Shown: piece after piece, positions 12,231 to 25,243 of the stretch | Layout: each line of letters begins with the position of its first letter | Position numbering within the stretch: the first letter of the stretch is position 1 | NCBI GenBank assembly: GCA_951406725.2 | Contig: OX597824.1 | Coordinates: 35,216,001-35,280,000, forward strand | DNA from: Octopus vulgaris | Lineage: Eukaryota | DNA length: 64,000 nt | Reading direction: 5' to 3' | Position numbers and translations under genes: made by a program | Notes under the pieces: model-generated | What the model saw: the letters and a program-made list of their open reading frames with translations, nothing else | Told to the model about the DNA's origin: nothing | Database searches by the model: none

Positions 12231-13659
12231 CATAAATAATATCTTAGGTTATTTTGAAATATTGTAGAAATTGACGCTGAGAAATAATTTTCGGAATAAA
12301 ACTTTCTATATTTTCATATCAACAATTCAACGAAATAATTTTTCTATATTTTCTTATCAAGAATTCTTAGAACTAAGTTTTTCTTAAATATTTTTGTATT
12401 ATAATTCTTCAAAATAAACTTTCTATGTATTCTTATCAACGATCCTTCCAAATAAACTTTTGGTATTTTCGCATCAAAAATTCTTCGCCTGTGATACAGT
12501 CGTCTGCTCCCAGGAGAAAACTTTATCAGAACTTCCCTAATTTTTTGAGAACCCTTTCTCAATACTGACGTGGAAATTTAATTGCTTCATTAAAAAAAAA
12601 AACGTTTTCGAGAAAGAAACAAATATAGAAATCCTTGTTGATGATGTACCACTGTCTCAATATAGTTTATTTATCATTAGGGAGTCTTAAACTTTAAAAA
12701 AATGTTATTGACGATGTAAACAACAGCAACAATAATAAACTTAACAACACCAGGAACAACAATAACAAGTTGAAAAACAACGTCACCGCTAACAGTAACA
12801 AAAACAACAACTCATAATATGACGACAACATTGATAACAACAAACAAGAAAGATGAAAACGTGTTAGATGCTAAAATTATATTAAATCGTTAAAAAACAT
12901 ATGCCTTGGTTTATCGTTCATCGGACTTGAAGTAAATAAATATATGCTGTGTCAAAAGACAGAAAGAAAGAAAAAAAAAAAAAGAAAAACAACTGAAATA
13001 AAATATAAGTCTTAGATAAAAGTATGTTTTATTTTTAGAAACTACCTTTTTATGAGATCTCAACAAACAAGCAGATTCGGTGTTCTTTGAAGATTCCCTT
13101 TGATGACAAAAATCGATAGGAAGAAAAAGGGAAAAAAAGAAGAGTCTTGTTAAAGGAAGGAAGAAAATCTTGAACTCTGAAGAATGCTTTTCGGCTCATT
13201 TTCCTATTTGAGGTGTTTGTTGAAAGAAACAGGAAGAGAGCAGCAGTGTCGGAAAAAAATCAAAGGTAAAAATCATCACTGACAGAAACGAAACTATGGG
13301 AGGGCCCCCCTCCCTTTCCCCCCCCCATCACACCCAACACCACCATCGTTATCATCATCAGCATCATCATCGTCATCATCATCATCAGCAGCAGCAGCAG
13401 CATCAACATCAATAATATTTCGTAAAAAAAAAAAATAGAGGTGCAAAAATATCGATTGGCTGTTGATGAACACAAACTAATGTAGCATGAGTTTGCATGA
13501 AGATTTCCTAGCAGTTCGCCATTGCCCTGCCCTGCCCTTCCCACGCACCCCCGTTCCTTGTTTCCTCCGACGATAGTGTGGGATGGTTGGGAAAGGTGAG
13601 GAACATGTTCTTTGATGAAAGGAACAGTTCAAACACTCCCTCGCAGACGCACGCTTATA

Positions 13660-14286
13660 TACACTCACGCACAGATGCACGCGTATATGCATGCATACAT
13701 ACATACATACATACATACATACATACATACATACATACATACATACATACATACATACATACATACATGCATACATACATACATACATGCACACGCACGC
13801 ACACACGCACACACTCACACACTCACACACATTATTATTCACACAAACAGAAGCATACACAATAAAAGTAATGTATTTATTCGTCGTGGCAAACTGAAAA
13901 CAAGAATTTGATCAAGAAGCCAGACGGTGAGTAAAAAGCATTGGTAAATGGTGATGGTGGTGATGGTGGTGGTGATGGTGGTGTTGGCGGTGGTGGAGGT
14001 GGTGGTGACTATGGAGTGGTGTCAGAAGTGATGGTGGTGGTAGTGATGGTAGTGGTGATGGTAAAGATGATATCGATAATTGTAGAGATGAGAGCTGTCA
14101 CTGAAACGATACATACATATTTACATACATACATACATGTATGCATGCATACATACATACATACATGCATACATACATACATGCATGCATGCATACATAC
14201 ATACATACATACATACATACATGCATGCATGCATACTTACATACATACATACGTACATACATATCTATATCTATACAGACACACAT

Positions 14287-14320
<34 letters not shown>
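13660..14320. repeat. Compound (TACA)n/(CA)n/(GGT)n simple-repeat cluster
   Basis: Direct reading; source of the MYVC, HTYI and GGG ORFs. Confidence 0.95.
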
Positions 14321-14322
<2 letters not shown>

Positions 14323-14754
14323 GTGAACTTTACCACCCGGCCAATTACTAATCGTTACAACCACCAACACCAACATCACCACCACCTATGCCATTGCCAC
14401 CGCCGCCACCCGTATCAATACCGTTATTTAAGAAAATTGCGAACACAAAAAAAAAATGCCTTACTTATTAATGTTGATGATGATCCGAAATAGAAAATGG
14501 ATGCTTTTGAAGCGATGTTTAGGCGAGAAATAGCTTGCGTCTATTATGTATTTACACATAGAATATTCTTTGCTGCTTAGTTTCGGCTGTTAACGAAAAG
14601 GAAATATTTTCCCATCACCCGCAGCGACCACTGCAAAGCAAAAGATAGACGACACCCGACATGTTATTCCGAAGCGCGGTTTCGATTTCCTGTTAGAGTC
14701 GCTTTCACTTACACAGTTAATATCTTTGGAAAAGATATCAACGCCGTCTTTTCC

Positions 14755-14806
<52 letters not shown>

Positions 14807-14989
14807 CTTTCTTTATTAACCAGTTTTCTTTATTAACCAGAAATCCTTGGTCTGGCAGTGCTACAGAGGTTCATTGTCAGTTCAGGATAAACTCTACAGG
14901 CATGGGAGTACCGTCAGCCAGACTTGCCTAAGGTGCACGCAGAACAACAAAACTGTTCTGCATGCTTTCGTCCAATGTAGGGTTACATA

Positions 14990-15261
14990 AAAGGCGTGTA
15001 AGGCTGTGGGGTCACTCCGAAAAGCTCTATCTGCGACGATTTCATCTCAATCGAAGGAGAGGGGCTTTCTCCGTCCGGGTTTCGGATCCGTGGAATAAGC
15101 TGCCGGACGAGATAGTGAAGATGCTGACGACCGCTCGGTTCAAAGTCTCTCTTGACCAGAAATGGCCTGAACTCTTTGTATGAACACCCCTGTACATAAC
15201 TCCATGTCCCCCTACATGGCCTTGCTTTTTGCTTTTTGAGCCAAAAAATTAACTTAACTTA
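14990..15261 (+). mobile_element. 3' end of a CR1/L2-like LINE
   Basis: GHSEKL...RRGAFSVRVSDPWNKLPDEIV...FKVSLD is the typical CR1-group ORF2 C-terminus; short 3' UTR ending in aacttaactt. Confidence 0.75.
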
Positions 15262-15269
15262 AAAAATAA

Positions 15270-18200
15270 TAACAAAATAAAATTATAATAATGAATAATT
15301 CTCCACCAAAAGGAAACTTCCTAGGATTGCTCGTGGAGACCCCACAAAATCACGGTCGCCCTGACCACTAAAGCAAGTGCCCTCTTCATATTGTCCTTCT
15401 TCAACCTACAGGTGCATGCTTATAGTAGGCCCGTTCACTCGGACCATTTTAGCAACATTCACTCACCTTTTAACAAAATTGCGAGGTAGCACTTCCCTCT
15501 CTGTCTTCACTTTCCTTTCCAAGTGGAACTTGATAAAGTTGAGAGGAGCTTGACCAAAGAGGAAAGTATCTGTCTTCAGCCTTTTCAATCTGGTCTACCA
15601 CCAAACCTCTTTTGCTAAGGCTACCAGGCAAAGAAACACTGTCTGCTCTTCAGGCCAAAGGAAGACAGCGGGACGATCTTCGCAATGGACTCAGCCGGTA
15701 ACCGGATACGTCCTACAGGTGACAGCAGGTGTTCGACATAAACGCACAAGTTAGCAATGCTCGGGCATTAGACGAGAGCATGCAGAACAATTTTGTTGCT
15801 CTGCGTGCACCTCAGGCAAGCGTGGCTGACGGCACTCCCATGCCTGTAGAGTTTATCCTGAACTGGCAATGTACCTCGGTAGCACTGCCAGACCAAGGAT
15901 TTCTGGAAATTATCCATAGGTCCCGGCCCGAAAATACTCCAGAACAGACCGGCCAATTGATTCTCGTCGACGCCCAGAGTCTCCCCGAGAACTTCTGCAC
16001 ACTTGTATAGAACACCAGAGTGTAACTTTCACCGACTGCATTGCCCCACTGACAGAGGAACCTGAGCACTTAACGCTAGGTGCCAAGTGCCCAGCATCGG
16101 TCTACGTTTTATCCAAGACTGCAGCTAAATCAAAGAGATGAGCTATGGAAAATGTCTGGCAAACAGCGACCACCCTTGCTCTCCGTCAAGGAAGAGCTGA
16201 AGATGTAGCGTCACGCATGTCTGCGCATCAGCAGCCACGGCATTCCCAACCTCCATTCAGTGGATGTTGACAGAAAATGGAGCGCCTGACCAGCGGAACG
16301 CATCTCTTCCACAGAAAGCGGAAGAGTGTGCACTCCAGTTTGACACCGCCTCGTATTGTAATAGAGCAGTGCCGATCAGGTCTATGTACATGCTGTTTGA
16401 CGCTATGACGGTGATGTCATCTGCGTATACCGACACAGTTCCCCCACGTCCTAGTTGCGAAGAATGCCTCTCAACGTCTCCAATTTCCGCAGTGGTGACT
16501 CTAGAGCCAGTACATACAAAACAGACGAGAGCGGACACCACTGACGGACCGAGCGCATGATTCTGAATAGTTTCGATAGGTAACCATTTACTTGAACTAC
16601 TTAGCAAATGTCACTGTACATTGCGGCGATCCAATTACGGAAAACCGGACCGAAACCTGCAACGGTAGGAACGGCCGCCAAGTATTGCTGATCGACCCTA
16701 TCAAAAACTTTAGATTGATCCAAGTTGATTAGGGCTCCACCCATGTTAATGATTGTCTTTATCCACCCTGTCAATGATTGTCGTAGATGGATCTGCTTGG
16801 GATAAGGCATATTTGTGCATCACCAATCAGTTCCTCGACGACAAGCACCAACCTCTTTGCTAACACTTTGACCAAAATTTTGAAATTTGCGTTCAGCAGC
16901 GTTATAGGCCTCAAATTTTCTATTTGATACCCCTTGTTTGAGTCCATTCTCAGCTATGCCACCGCTTCTCAACACATAGAAGTAGGAATTCTCCCGTTCT
17001 GCTGCCAGTTACGGTAGATATGTGTTAAGAGGCCGACAAACATATGAAAGTAAAGCTCGTAGGGCAGACGAGCCAAACCAGGCGATTTGCACCACCACCA
17101 TCGTCGTGCAATTCATCATTACATCCTGTATTTCCGAGATTGTTATCAGCATTTTGCAACTCTCTCCCCTCCCTTTGTCGATGCCGTCGAGGTAGGCACT
17201 GAAGTTCATCCTGCGTTCCAGACTACCATTCATCTCAAACAGTTCGGCGAACTACTGTTGAAATGCCTCACACACCTGCTCGGGCTCGAGTACCATGTGC
17301 CCATTTTGGTTCCCAATGTCTGAATTGTGACTTTGTTTCCACGTGGTGCTTCTATCACTCGGGTCTGCGAGCGGCTTTCGATCACTCGTTTCTTAGAGCA
17401 CGCTCCTTAACTCTGACAATGAATCCTTCGTTCTTAGCGTTGAATAATTCGTCCAGGGCCAATCTCGCAGCCAGCATGTCCATTGTGATGCCTTTCCTAA
17501 ACGCCTGCTTTATGTTTCTAAGTGTACCACTATTCTTTTCCTTTATATCGATAATGCCTTACTAAACCTAATCGATTCTACTCTAATAGCCCTTTTCAGA
17601 GCAATTCACCATTCTTTGTTGATGATTGACCCCATTAACGCCCACTTATCTAATTCACTAATTCTATAAGCTTGGCATCCTGCGAATGACACGTTCAGTT
17701 TCCAGTAACCAGATCCCTGCCTGAGAACCCTAAGTCGACCGTGCAGATCACAAATTTGTGGTCTACGTTGCTGACGATTTTAACAAGTGGACAACTTATA
17801 GTATCGTTATCGAGCGGTCTACAGAATATTCTATCTAGATACGACCTTGATGACTCGATGCGGTTCGTCCACATCCACAATGGCATATTCGGGAAATTCA
17901 GGTGGTACCTATCAGACAGTTGAAAACGTTTGAGCAGGTTTGAATGGCTTTTGCATCTCCTTCTAACAGCTAACTCCACACAATCCAATCGTGTGTCCAA
18001 GATAGTGTTCCAGTCACCCATTAGCACTAAAAATCGAGACGTTCCCGGGAAATCTGGTAGTCCTACCCCTGTCGGAGCATAAACAACAACCAGTTTGAAA
18101 GCATCCCCGTCGCTATTGTTCACATCCGGGATCACCAACTTACCTTCTGGCTCAGGAATTTTGAGGCTGGCATAAATAGTGCTGAGAGGGATCAGAATTT

Positions 18201-18430
18201 TAAACTCTAACTTCATCAGATTCAGAACACCCCTACCCCCATTCCCGGTCGACAGTCAGGTATCGAAATCTTGTATCCACCGTAACGGGCACGAAAGCGA
18301 GTCGGTCGGAGAGTCTGATTTCACTGATAGCCACTACATCTAAACTTAGTGACCTGGGGTCATTGAGTAGATGGCTTTGTTTCTAAGGCGACCTCAGTTC
18401 ACGTGCATTTTACTGCCTATTCTGAACAAG
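15270..18430 (-). pseudogene. Tx1/L1-group LINE ORF2 pseudogene (APE endonuclease, RT, C-terminal zinc finger)
   Basis: VVYAP, MGDWN, WTN...SYLDRIF, DHK (endonuclease); RPITLLN..FKIL, LDQSKVFDRVD, YADDITV (RT); CLRC...LHAL; broken by stops and frameshifts. Confidence 0.9.
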
Positions 18431-20032
18431 GCTGTGCTTGTTAGAGAGAAGGAGAATGAAGAGAATCACTTACACTATCTCTAGGTATTTTTAGGTGTCT
18501 CCACAAGCATTTCTTTGTAGAGACTTTTCGTTATGGTCCCACGGAAATCTCCAATTCATTTGGGATATTTTACTTCCAATTTGTTGTTTGTTGCGTTGTT
18601 TTTATGATTTTTATGTGAATAGGGGTGCTATACGGGACGTATTCATTTAGAATAATGTCTATTATGTATTTTTTAATATGTTTTGTTACCTTCTTCTTGT
18701 TTGTGCTTATGGCCATGTAATTAGTGATGTCTTGGGAGAGCTCTTCATGTTGTTGGTCTGCATTTCTATGTGTTTTCGTTTGCTGATGTGTTTGTAGTGT
18801 TGGAGATGTTTGTAATTGCGTTGGTGTGGGTGTATGATGGTTTGTTGGTTTCCGTGTCTTTTCCTCTCTAATTTCTTTGTTTTTAGTCTTGGACCGTGCT
18901 TTTCATTTTGTAATTTTTTCCTACTTCCTTTCACCAGGATCCAAGACTGTTTTCGTCGCTAGACGAATTTTTACAGTCGGAAAAACTGTAGCAGGGTGGG
19001 AGAGGTATGTCTGCACAGTCACGCATTTCTGAGCTGGCGGTTTGGTTGACTGATATGGGTGATGTTGTACGTGTTGTTATTGTTATTGTTTTTCTCGAGT
19101 GCGGTGTTAGTGCTTGCAAAGCAATATATGGGGTGGGACACACGAGTTATGCAATGAGAAGAGGTGAGATTAAAGACATTATACAATATATTAAACGAGG
19201 TAAAATTTATAAGAGAAACTAGCTATTTAATTGGGATGAATATTTAACGCATAAATATTTAATTGGGATAAAAAAAGAATAAAGTATGATAATGCAATAA
19301 TTAAAGCAGTACACACACGCACATTCATATGTATATACACTCATTCACACACACACGTACAAACAATGACTGATAAAATGCAATTTTGAGACCGGCATCA
19401 ATAGTCCATCAAAAAGTGCTGAGAGGGATCAGAATTTTAAACTCTAACTTCATCAGATTGTGTAGTCCAGAGATATGAAAGGTGTCTAAATGAATGATTG
19501 AAATCGGGTGAGTATGGAAGTAGAAAGATAGACAAATGATAGATGACATGAGTAATATATTTATTCCAGAAATTGTATATACAATTTACATGATGTAATC
19601 AATTCACATCTTTCCAGCTGTTTCGAATTGTAGTTGACTAGTTTATATAACAATGCATATCATGCAAGTACAATACTGAGACAATATTGTAGTTATACAT
19701 AAAAGCAAAGTATCAACTAGCATAGATGTCGAACACTTGAGAAAATAAAAGGCAAGTGACACACGCCATTCATCTTCTCATGATAATACGTGGTTCTCTT
19801 GCACGGAGTTGCCAAATCCGTGCTAGTTGATTCTTTAAGTTATTTTTGTGTATACCTACATTATTGCTTCAGTATTGCACCTCCTAGCATAATATATATT
19901 GTTATATCAATCAGTCATCGACTTGATTATATAACATAATTGCATGCGCAACTTTTCATAGAAAATATTTCCTTACCCATGTTATTTTTGTCTTTATACA
20001 TACATATATATGTGTGTGAGTGTATAAACATA

Positions 20033-20080
<48 letters not shown>

Positions 20081-20724
20081 AAACAATAAATGTATGTATA
20101 TATATGTACACACACATATATATATGTGTGTGTGTGTGCGTGTGTATGTATATATATATACATATATATACACATTATATACACATACATACATATATAT
20201 ATACATACATACATACATACATACATAAACAATAAATATATATATATATATATATATGTACATACATACATACATGCATACATATATCATTTAACAATTA
20301 ATTGGCATTGGTCAGAGCACCTCACGTTCTTGATTGAGCTATCTTTTTACTCCCTTCCTCTAGTGTTCATAGCTGTAGGTCGCAGTATCTTCTGTGATGA
20401 GCTCTTGGACTACAGTCTGCAAGTGGGGACCCAAGTCCTTCACATCCTCATCATATAACAAATACTTCGTATTTTTCAAAAATTTGTGCAAAATTTTGTT
20501 CTGCTTTTTAACTGTTTAAAATATAATCCAATTTCATTTCAGATCTGTAAATCCTCTGGTAATTGTTTGTGTATCTCGTGTGTTCTTAGACCTTTGTCTT
20601 GCAAATGGCTATGAATTTCATTTCCTTCATAAAGAACGTTGAATATCCCTCAAAGAAGATGGGCTTCACTTCATCTATGAGATAAATTCTTCTTCAGCAG
20701 AGAGTGGGCTCTGTTCAGGGGAGA

Positions 20725-21130
20725 TACTCTCTTTTACTCTTTTACTTGTTTCAGTCATTTGACTGCGGCCATGCTGGAGCACCGCCTTTAATCGAGCAAC
20801 TCGATCCCAGGACTTATTCTCTTGTAAGCCCAGTACTTATTCTATCGGTCTCTTTTGCCGAACCGCTAAGTGATGGGGACGTAAACACACCAGCATCGGT
20901 TGTCAAGCAATGCTAGGGAGACAAACACAGACACACAAACACACACACATATATATATACATATATACGACAGGCTTCTTTCAGTTTCCGTCTACCAAAT
21001 CCACTCACAAGGCATTGGTCAGCCCGGGGCTATAGCAGAAGACACTTGCCCAAAGTGCCACGCAGTGGGACTGAACCCGGAACCATGTGGTTGGTTAGCA
21101 AGCTACTTACCACAAAGCCACTCCTGCGCC
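20725..21130 (-). mobile_element. SINE family A, full length
   Basis: High identity to other family A copies. Confidence 0.93.
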
Positions 21131-21588
21131 TATACATTCTCAAACTTTTTATGTATACATTCTCAAACTTTTTTTTTTAAATTAGTAATTTTTTATTGTT
21201 TGCTTAGGCTCATTTTCTATTATTTTTTTTTTCGAAGAGGTCTGCTTATCCGTTTCGGTCTCCGTTTAGTCCCCAATTCTCACAAGTGAATGGGACAGTG
21301 CTGGAAGGGGTGCTTTCTGGTCGTTCAGCTATCGCTATTGTTGTTGAGAATGGGACAGAATATGCTTGGGTATCATGGTTCACAACTGGCAAAGAGCGGA
21401 AGTATATTTTGACGACTCCAGATTTGTTCCTAAAGTTACCTCAGGACCGACAACTCTCGTGATTTATTCTTGTTGTCACTTTTGTTCTTCGAGGTTTACT
21501 GCTGAGTTTTGAAATTCAGTATTTTTTACAGGGTACAGTAATGGTACTATTTTTTTTTTCGATTTGTCTGTACATGGTGACCCTACCT

Positions 21589-21933
21589 ATTTCTGTACTA
21601 CCCACAAGGGGCTAAACACAGAGGAGACAAACAAAGACAGATAGACGGATTAAGTCGACCTCGGCGGAATTTGAACTCAGAACGTAGCGGCAGACGAAAT
21701 ACCTATTTCTTTACTACCCACAAGGGACTAAACACAGAGAGGACAAACAAGGACAGACAAACGGATTAAGTCGATTATATCGACCCCAGTGCGTAACTGG
21801 TACTTAATTAATCGACCCCGAAAGGATGAAAGGCAAAGTCGACCTCGGCGGAATTTGAACTCAGAACGTAGCGGCAGACGAAATACCGCTGAGCATTTCG
21901 CCTGGCGTGCTAACGTTTCTGCCAGCTCGCCAC
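21589..21933 (-). mobile_element. SINE family B tandem (full unit plus truncated, internally deleted unit) within one TSD
   Basis: Perfect 16-bp TSD catggtgaccctacct (21573-21588, 21934-21949); junction 21702/21703; deletion between two gtcga motifs. Confidence 0.92.
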
Positions 21934-22149
21934 CATGGTGACCCTACCTGACTGCACAACGGGAATAGTTACGCTGGAACTGACCACTTTTCAATGTTAT
22001 GCTGCGAAAGTGACAACTAACGAGAGGTCTATATCGTCATCGCTGTCCCTGACGAAATATAAACTGAGTATTACAGGAAACTTTTGTCAATATTCCTGTT
22101 TTTTTTTCCTTAGGTTATTTATTTATTATTTATTATTTTTCGGTTGGCA

Positions 22150-22313
22150 GGCGCAGGAGTGGTTGTGTGGTAAGTAGCTTGTCTACCAACCACATGGTTC
22201 CGGGTTCAGTCCCACTGCGTGGTACCTTGGGCAAGTGTCTTCTACTATAGCCTCGGGCCTCCAAAGCCTTGTGGGTGGATTTGGTAGACGGAAACTGAAA
22301 GAAGCCCGTCGTA

Positions 22314-22355
<42 letters not shown>

Positions 22356-22586
22356 TATGCGTGTGTGTGTGTTTGTGTGTCTGCGTTTGTCCCCTAGCAT
22401 TGCTTGACAACCGATGCTGGTGTGTTTATGTCCCCGTTTCTTAGCGCTTCGGCAAAAGAGACCGATAGAATAAGTACTGGGCTTACAAAAGAATAAGTCC
22501 TGGGGTCGAGTTGCTCGATTAAAGGCGGTGCTCCAGCATGGCCGCAGTCAAAATGACTGAAACAAGGAAAAGAGTAAAGAGTTAAG
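22150..22586 (+). mobile_element. SINE family A, full length
   Basis: High identity to other family A copies. Confidence 0.93.
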
Positions 22587-23060
22587 AGTATATGTGGTTT
22601 CTTTTTTCTTTTTTTTCCATCTTTTAACTGTTTACCTTTTAATGTCTTTCCCATAACCTTCACCAGTGTAATGTGAGTCGGGGAGGGGCATATCTTGGGA
22701 AGATTTGTGGCATTTGTTTTGTTGATATTATTGTTGTTTGTGGGGCGGGGTTCCGTGAATGTTTTATTGCTGCTGCTGCTGCTGCTGCTGCTGTTGTTGT
22801 TGTTGCCTTTCTTGTGGCTGTTATTGTTGTCAGTGTGATGCAGTTAGTGTAGATGTCGTTGCTAATGTTGATGCTCTTACTACTATTTCCCGGCTGTCGG
22901 TTTTACACTTGCTTTCATTGATACTGCTGTTGCTTTTGTGACTACTTGCTGCTGGTGGAGCTGCTGCTACTTTTGTAGTTGATTTCGTTACTGTTGCGGT
23001 GATGGGACCGGCAGAAGTAGTGGCCTTTCACCTCTCCTTCTTTGCTGAGAACAGAATGCC

Positions 23061-23700
23061 GGATCTTTTCCTTTTGAACGGCAGATGTCAACACAATTTC
23101 TAGTTAACTAAACACTTTTAAACTTCGTATACTGGTAGAATGTGTCTATAAAACATCATTTTCTCTTGGTTTTATTGAGAAAATACTATAGTTTGTAAGA
23201 TATTTCGTCGGAAAATCCGAGCATTTCGGCAATTTTAACCAATCGATTACCTCCATTCAACTAAAATCATTTGCTGCGTCTAAAACTGAGACAACATCCT
23301 GTAACTAACCCTAAACCTCCCCCTCCCCCTCCCCTAACCCTAATTTTTTTTTCTTAATTGTTAAACTAATTTAATTCCATTGCTTTAGTTTTTTTTACAC
23401 GCGTAACAATTAAATTAATTTAACAATTAAGAAAAAAAATTTAGGGTTAGGGTTAGGAGGTTTAGGGTTAGTTACAGGATGTTGTCTCAGTTTTAGACGC
23501 AGCAAATGATTTTAGCTCAAAAGAGAGCATAGGATTAGTTAAAATTCCAAAAATTAAACTACGTTAAACAAACAAATTACAATTTTCTCAAGAAAGCCAA
23601 GAGAAAAAAATGTTTTATTTTGACACATTCTACCAGTATACGAAGTTTTAAAGTGTTTAGTTAACTAGAAATTGTCTGCCGTTCAAAAGGAAAAAGATCC
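23061..23700. mobile_element. Fold-back MITE with long imperfect TIRs starting GGATC and 8-9-bp TSD (Merlin- or Mutator-like)
   Basis: ggatcttttccttttgaacggcaga ... tctgccgttcaaaaggaaaaagatcc; flanks cagaatgcc / cagaagcc; second, inverted copy at 30698-31324. Confidence 0.9.
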
Positions 23701-24589
23701 CAGAAGCCTTGAGATGGTTTGTGTTACCACACAAGTGATAATTCGGTCTTCTACTCTTGACAGCCACGTATAATTTTGCACTGTCTGGCAAATTTATCAA
23801 GTGCGGAATCAATTCCTTGATTTAGTGATCCGTTTGGATCACTTTGAACCCGCAAAGTATTGGCTTTGTATTCTATGTCAAAAATAACAGCCATCACCAT
23901 TTATTTCTGGTGGTACGTTGACAATCTTTATTTCAACTACACTTTGACCAAGGTAGACTGGAATGAGAACTAGCTTGTTACTCCTTAAAATTGTTACAGG
24001 GTGCGTCCAAGCACCATTCTCTGTCAGGAATCTCCCCTCTATTGTGACGTACTTTTTTCACTGACAATTTGTTTTAAAGCCCCAGATTGATCTAAGGCAC
24101 TTTTCAATCTACTGCTGTATCGTCTGCTCTATTTTCCTACTTCTATAGCTAAGGTTTTATATATCACATTTCTGAGGTCGGTTTGTTACTAGATGGTTAC
24201 TTGCTTGTTGAGCCAACGTTTCATCCAGACTACATGAGAATGCTTTTCACTTTTTAAAATTCTTTCAACGACAAAATATTTTTTTCTTTTATTTTGTGGC
24301 CTGCATTAGCGAACCGCCAACGCAATATTTGCAACTTTTCATGCTCTCATTTTTTTTGCATACGCGTTAATCATGTTGGTGGCAAGAGAAACGTACAAGT
24401 GTGTTGAATGGAACATTGGAAAAATCAGAAACCTATTAGCAAAATTGATTGAAAAATATCTATAATTCTGTATTGCACACGCATATGTATATATGCATGT
24501 ATGTATGTGTATGATTTGATTTTGATTTTGATTTTTCCAGTTTCAGCTTATGAGCTGTGGCCATGCTGGGGCACCGCCATGTATATATA

Positions 24590-24855
24590 TATTCTTTTAT
24601 TTGTTTCAGTCGCTTAACTGTGGTCATGCTAGAGCACCGCCTTTAGTTGAACAAATCGACCCTAAAACTTATTCTTTGTAATCCTGGCACTTATTCTATC
24701 AGTCTCTTTAGCGAACCGTAACTTAGCGGTTCGCTAAAGAGACTGATAGAATAAGTGCCAGGATTACAAAGAATAAGTTCAAGGGTCGATTTGTTCTACT
24801 AAAGGCGGTGCTCTAGCATGACCACAGTTAAGCGACTGAAACAAATAAAAGAATA
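24590..24855. repeat. Palindromic (inverted) duplication of the 3' part of a family A SINE
   Basis: Arms 24590-24718 and 24727-24855, 8-nt spacer, about 3 mismatches. Confidence 0.95.
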
Positions 24856-24913
24856 AAAGAATATTACCCACTACACACATTTTTTTCTCTACTTGTTTTT
24901 TTTTTCTGTGTCC

Positions 24914-24949
24914 CTTTCTGTAGAAGAGCGTAGGCTCGAAACGTAAAAG
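24914..24949 (+). ncRNA. Degenerate minimal type I hammerhead-like motif, same family as 28439 and 28674
   Basis: CUUU-CUGUAGA-A-GAGC(GUAG)GCUC-GAAAC-GUA-AAAG; the core has A6>U. Confidence 0.5.
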
Positions 24950-25029
24950 ACTTTTTCTATTCCTGAGCGTTATACTAATACATCTGTTTGTTTTGTACAC
25001 CACCTGCCTTCGTCTTTTGTTTTTTTCTT

Positions 25030-25089
<60 letters not shown>

Positions 25090-25091
<2 letters not shown>

Positions 25092-25240
25092 ACGAGATTC
25101 TTTCAGTTTCCGTCTACCAAATTCACTCACAAGGTTTTGGTCGGCCCGAGGCTATAGTAGAAGACACTTGCCCGAGGTGCCACGCAGTGGGACTGAAAAC
25201 CCGGAACCATGCGGCTGGGAAGCTAGTTTCTTATCACACT
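25090..25240 (-). mobile_element. SINE family A 5' half
   Basis: ttctttcagtttccgtctaccaaa...gtgggactga...ccggaaccatg. Confidence 0.85.
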
Positions 25241-25243
25241 GTA

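Noticed and set aside
23305-23472. Telomere or chromosome-fusion site
   Set aside because: Only a few hexamers, internal to a MITE present twice.
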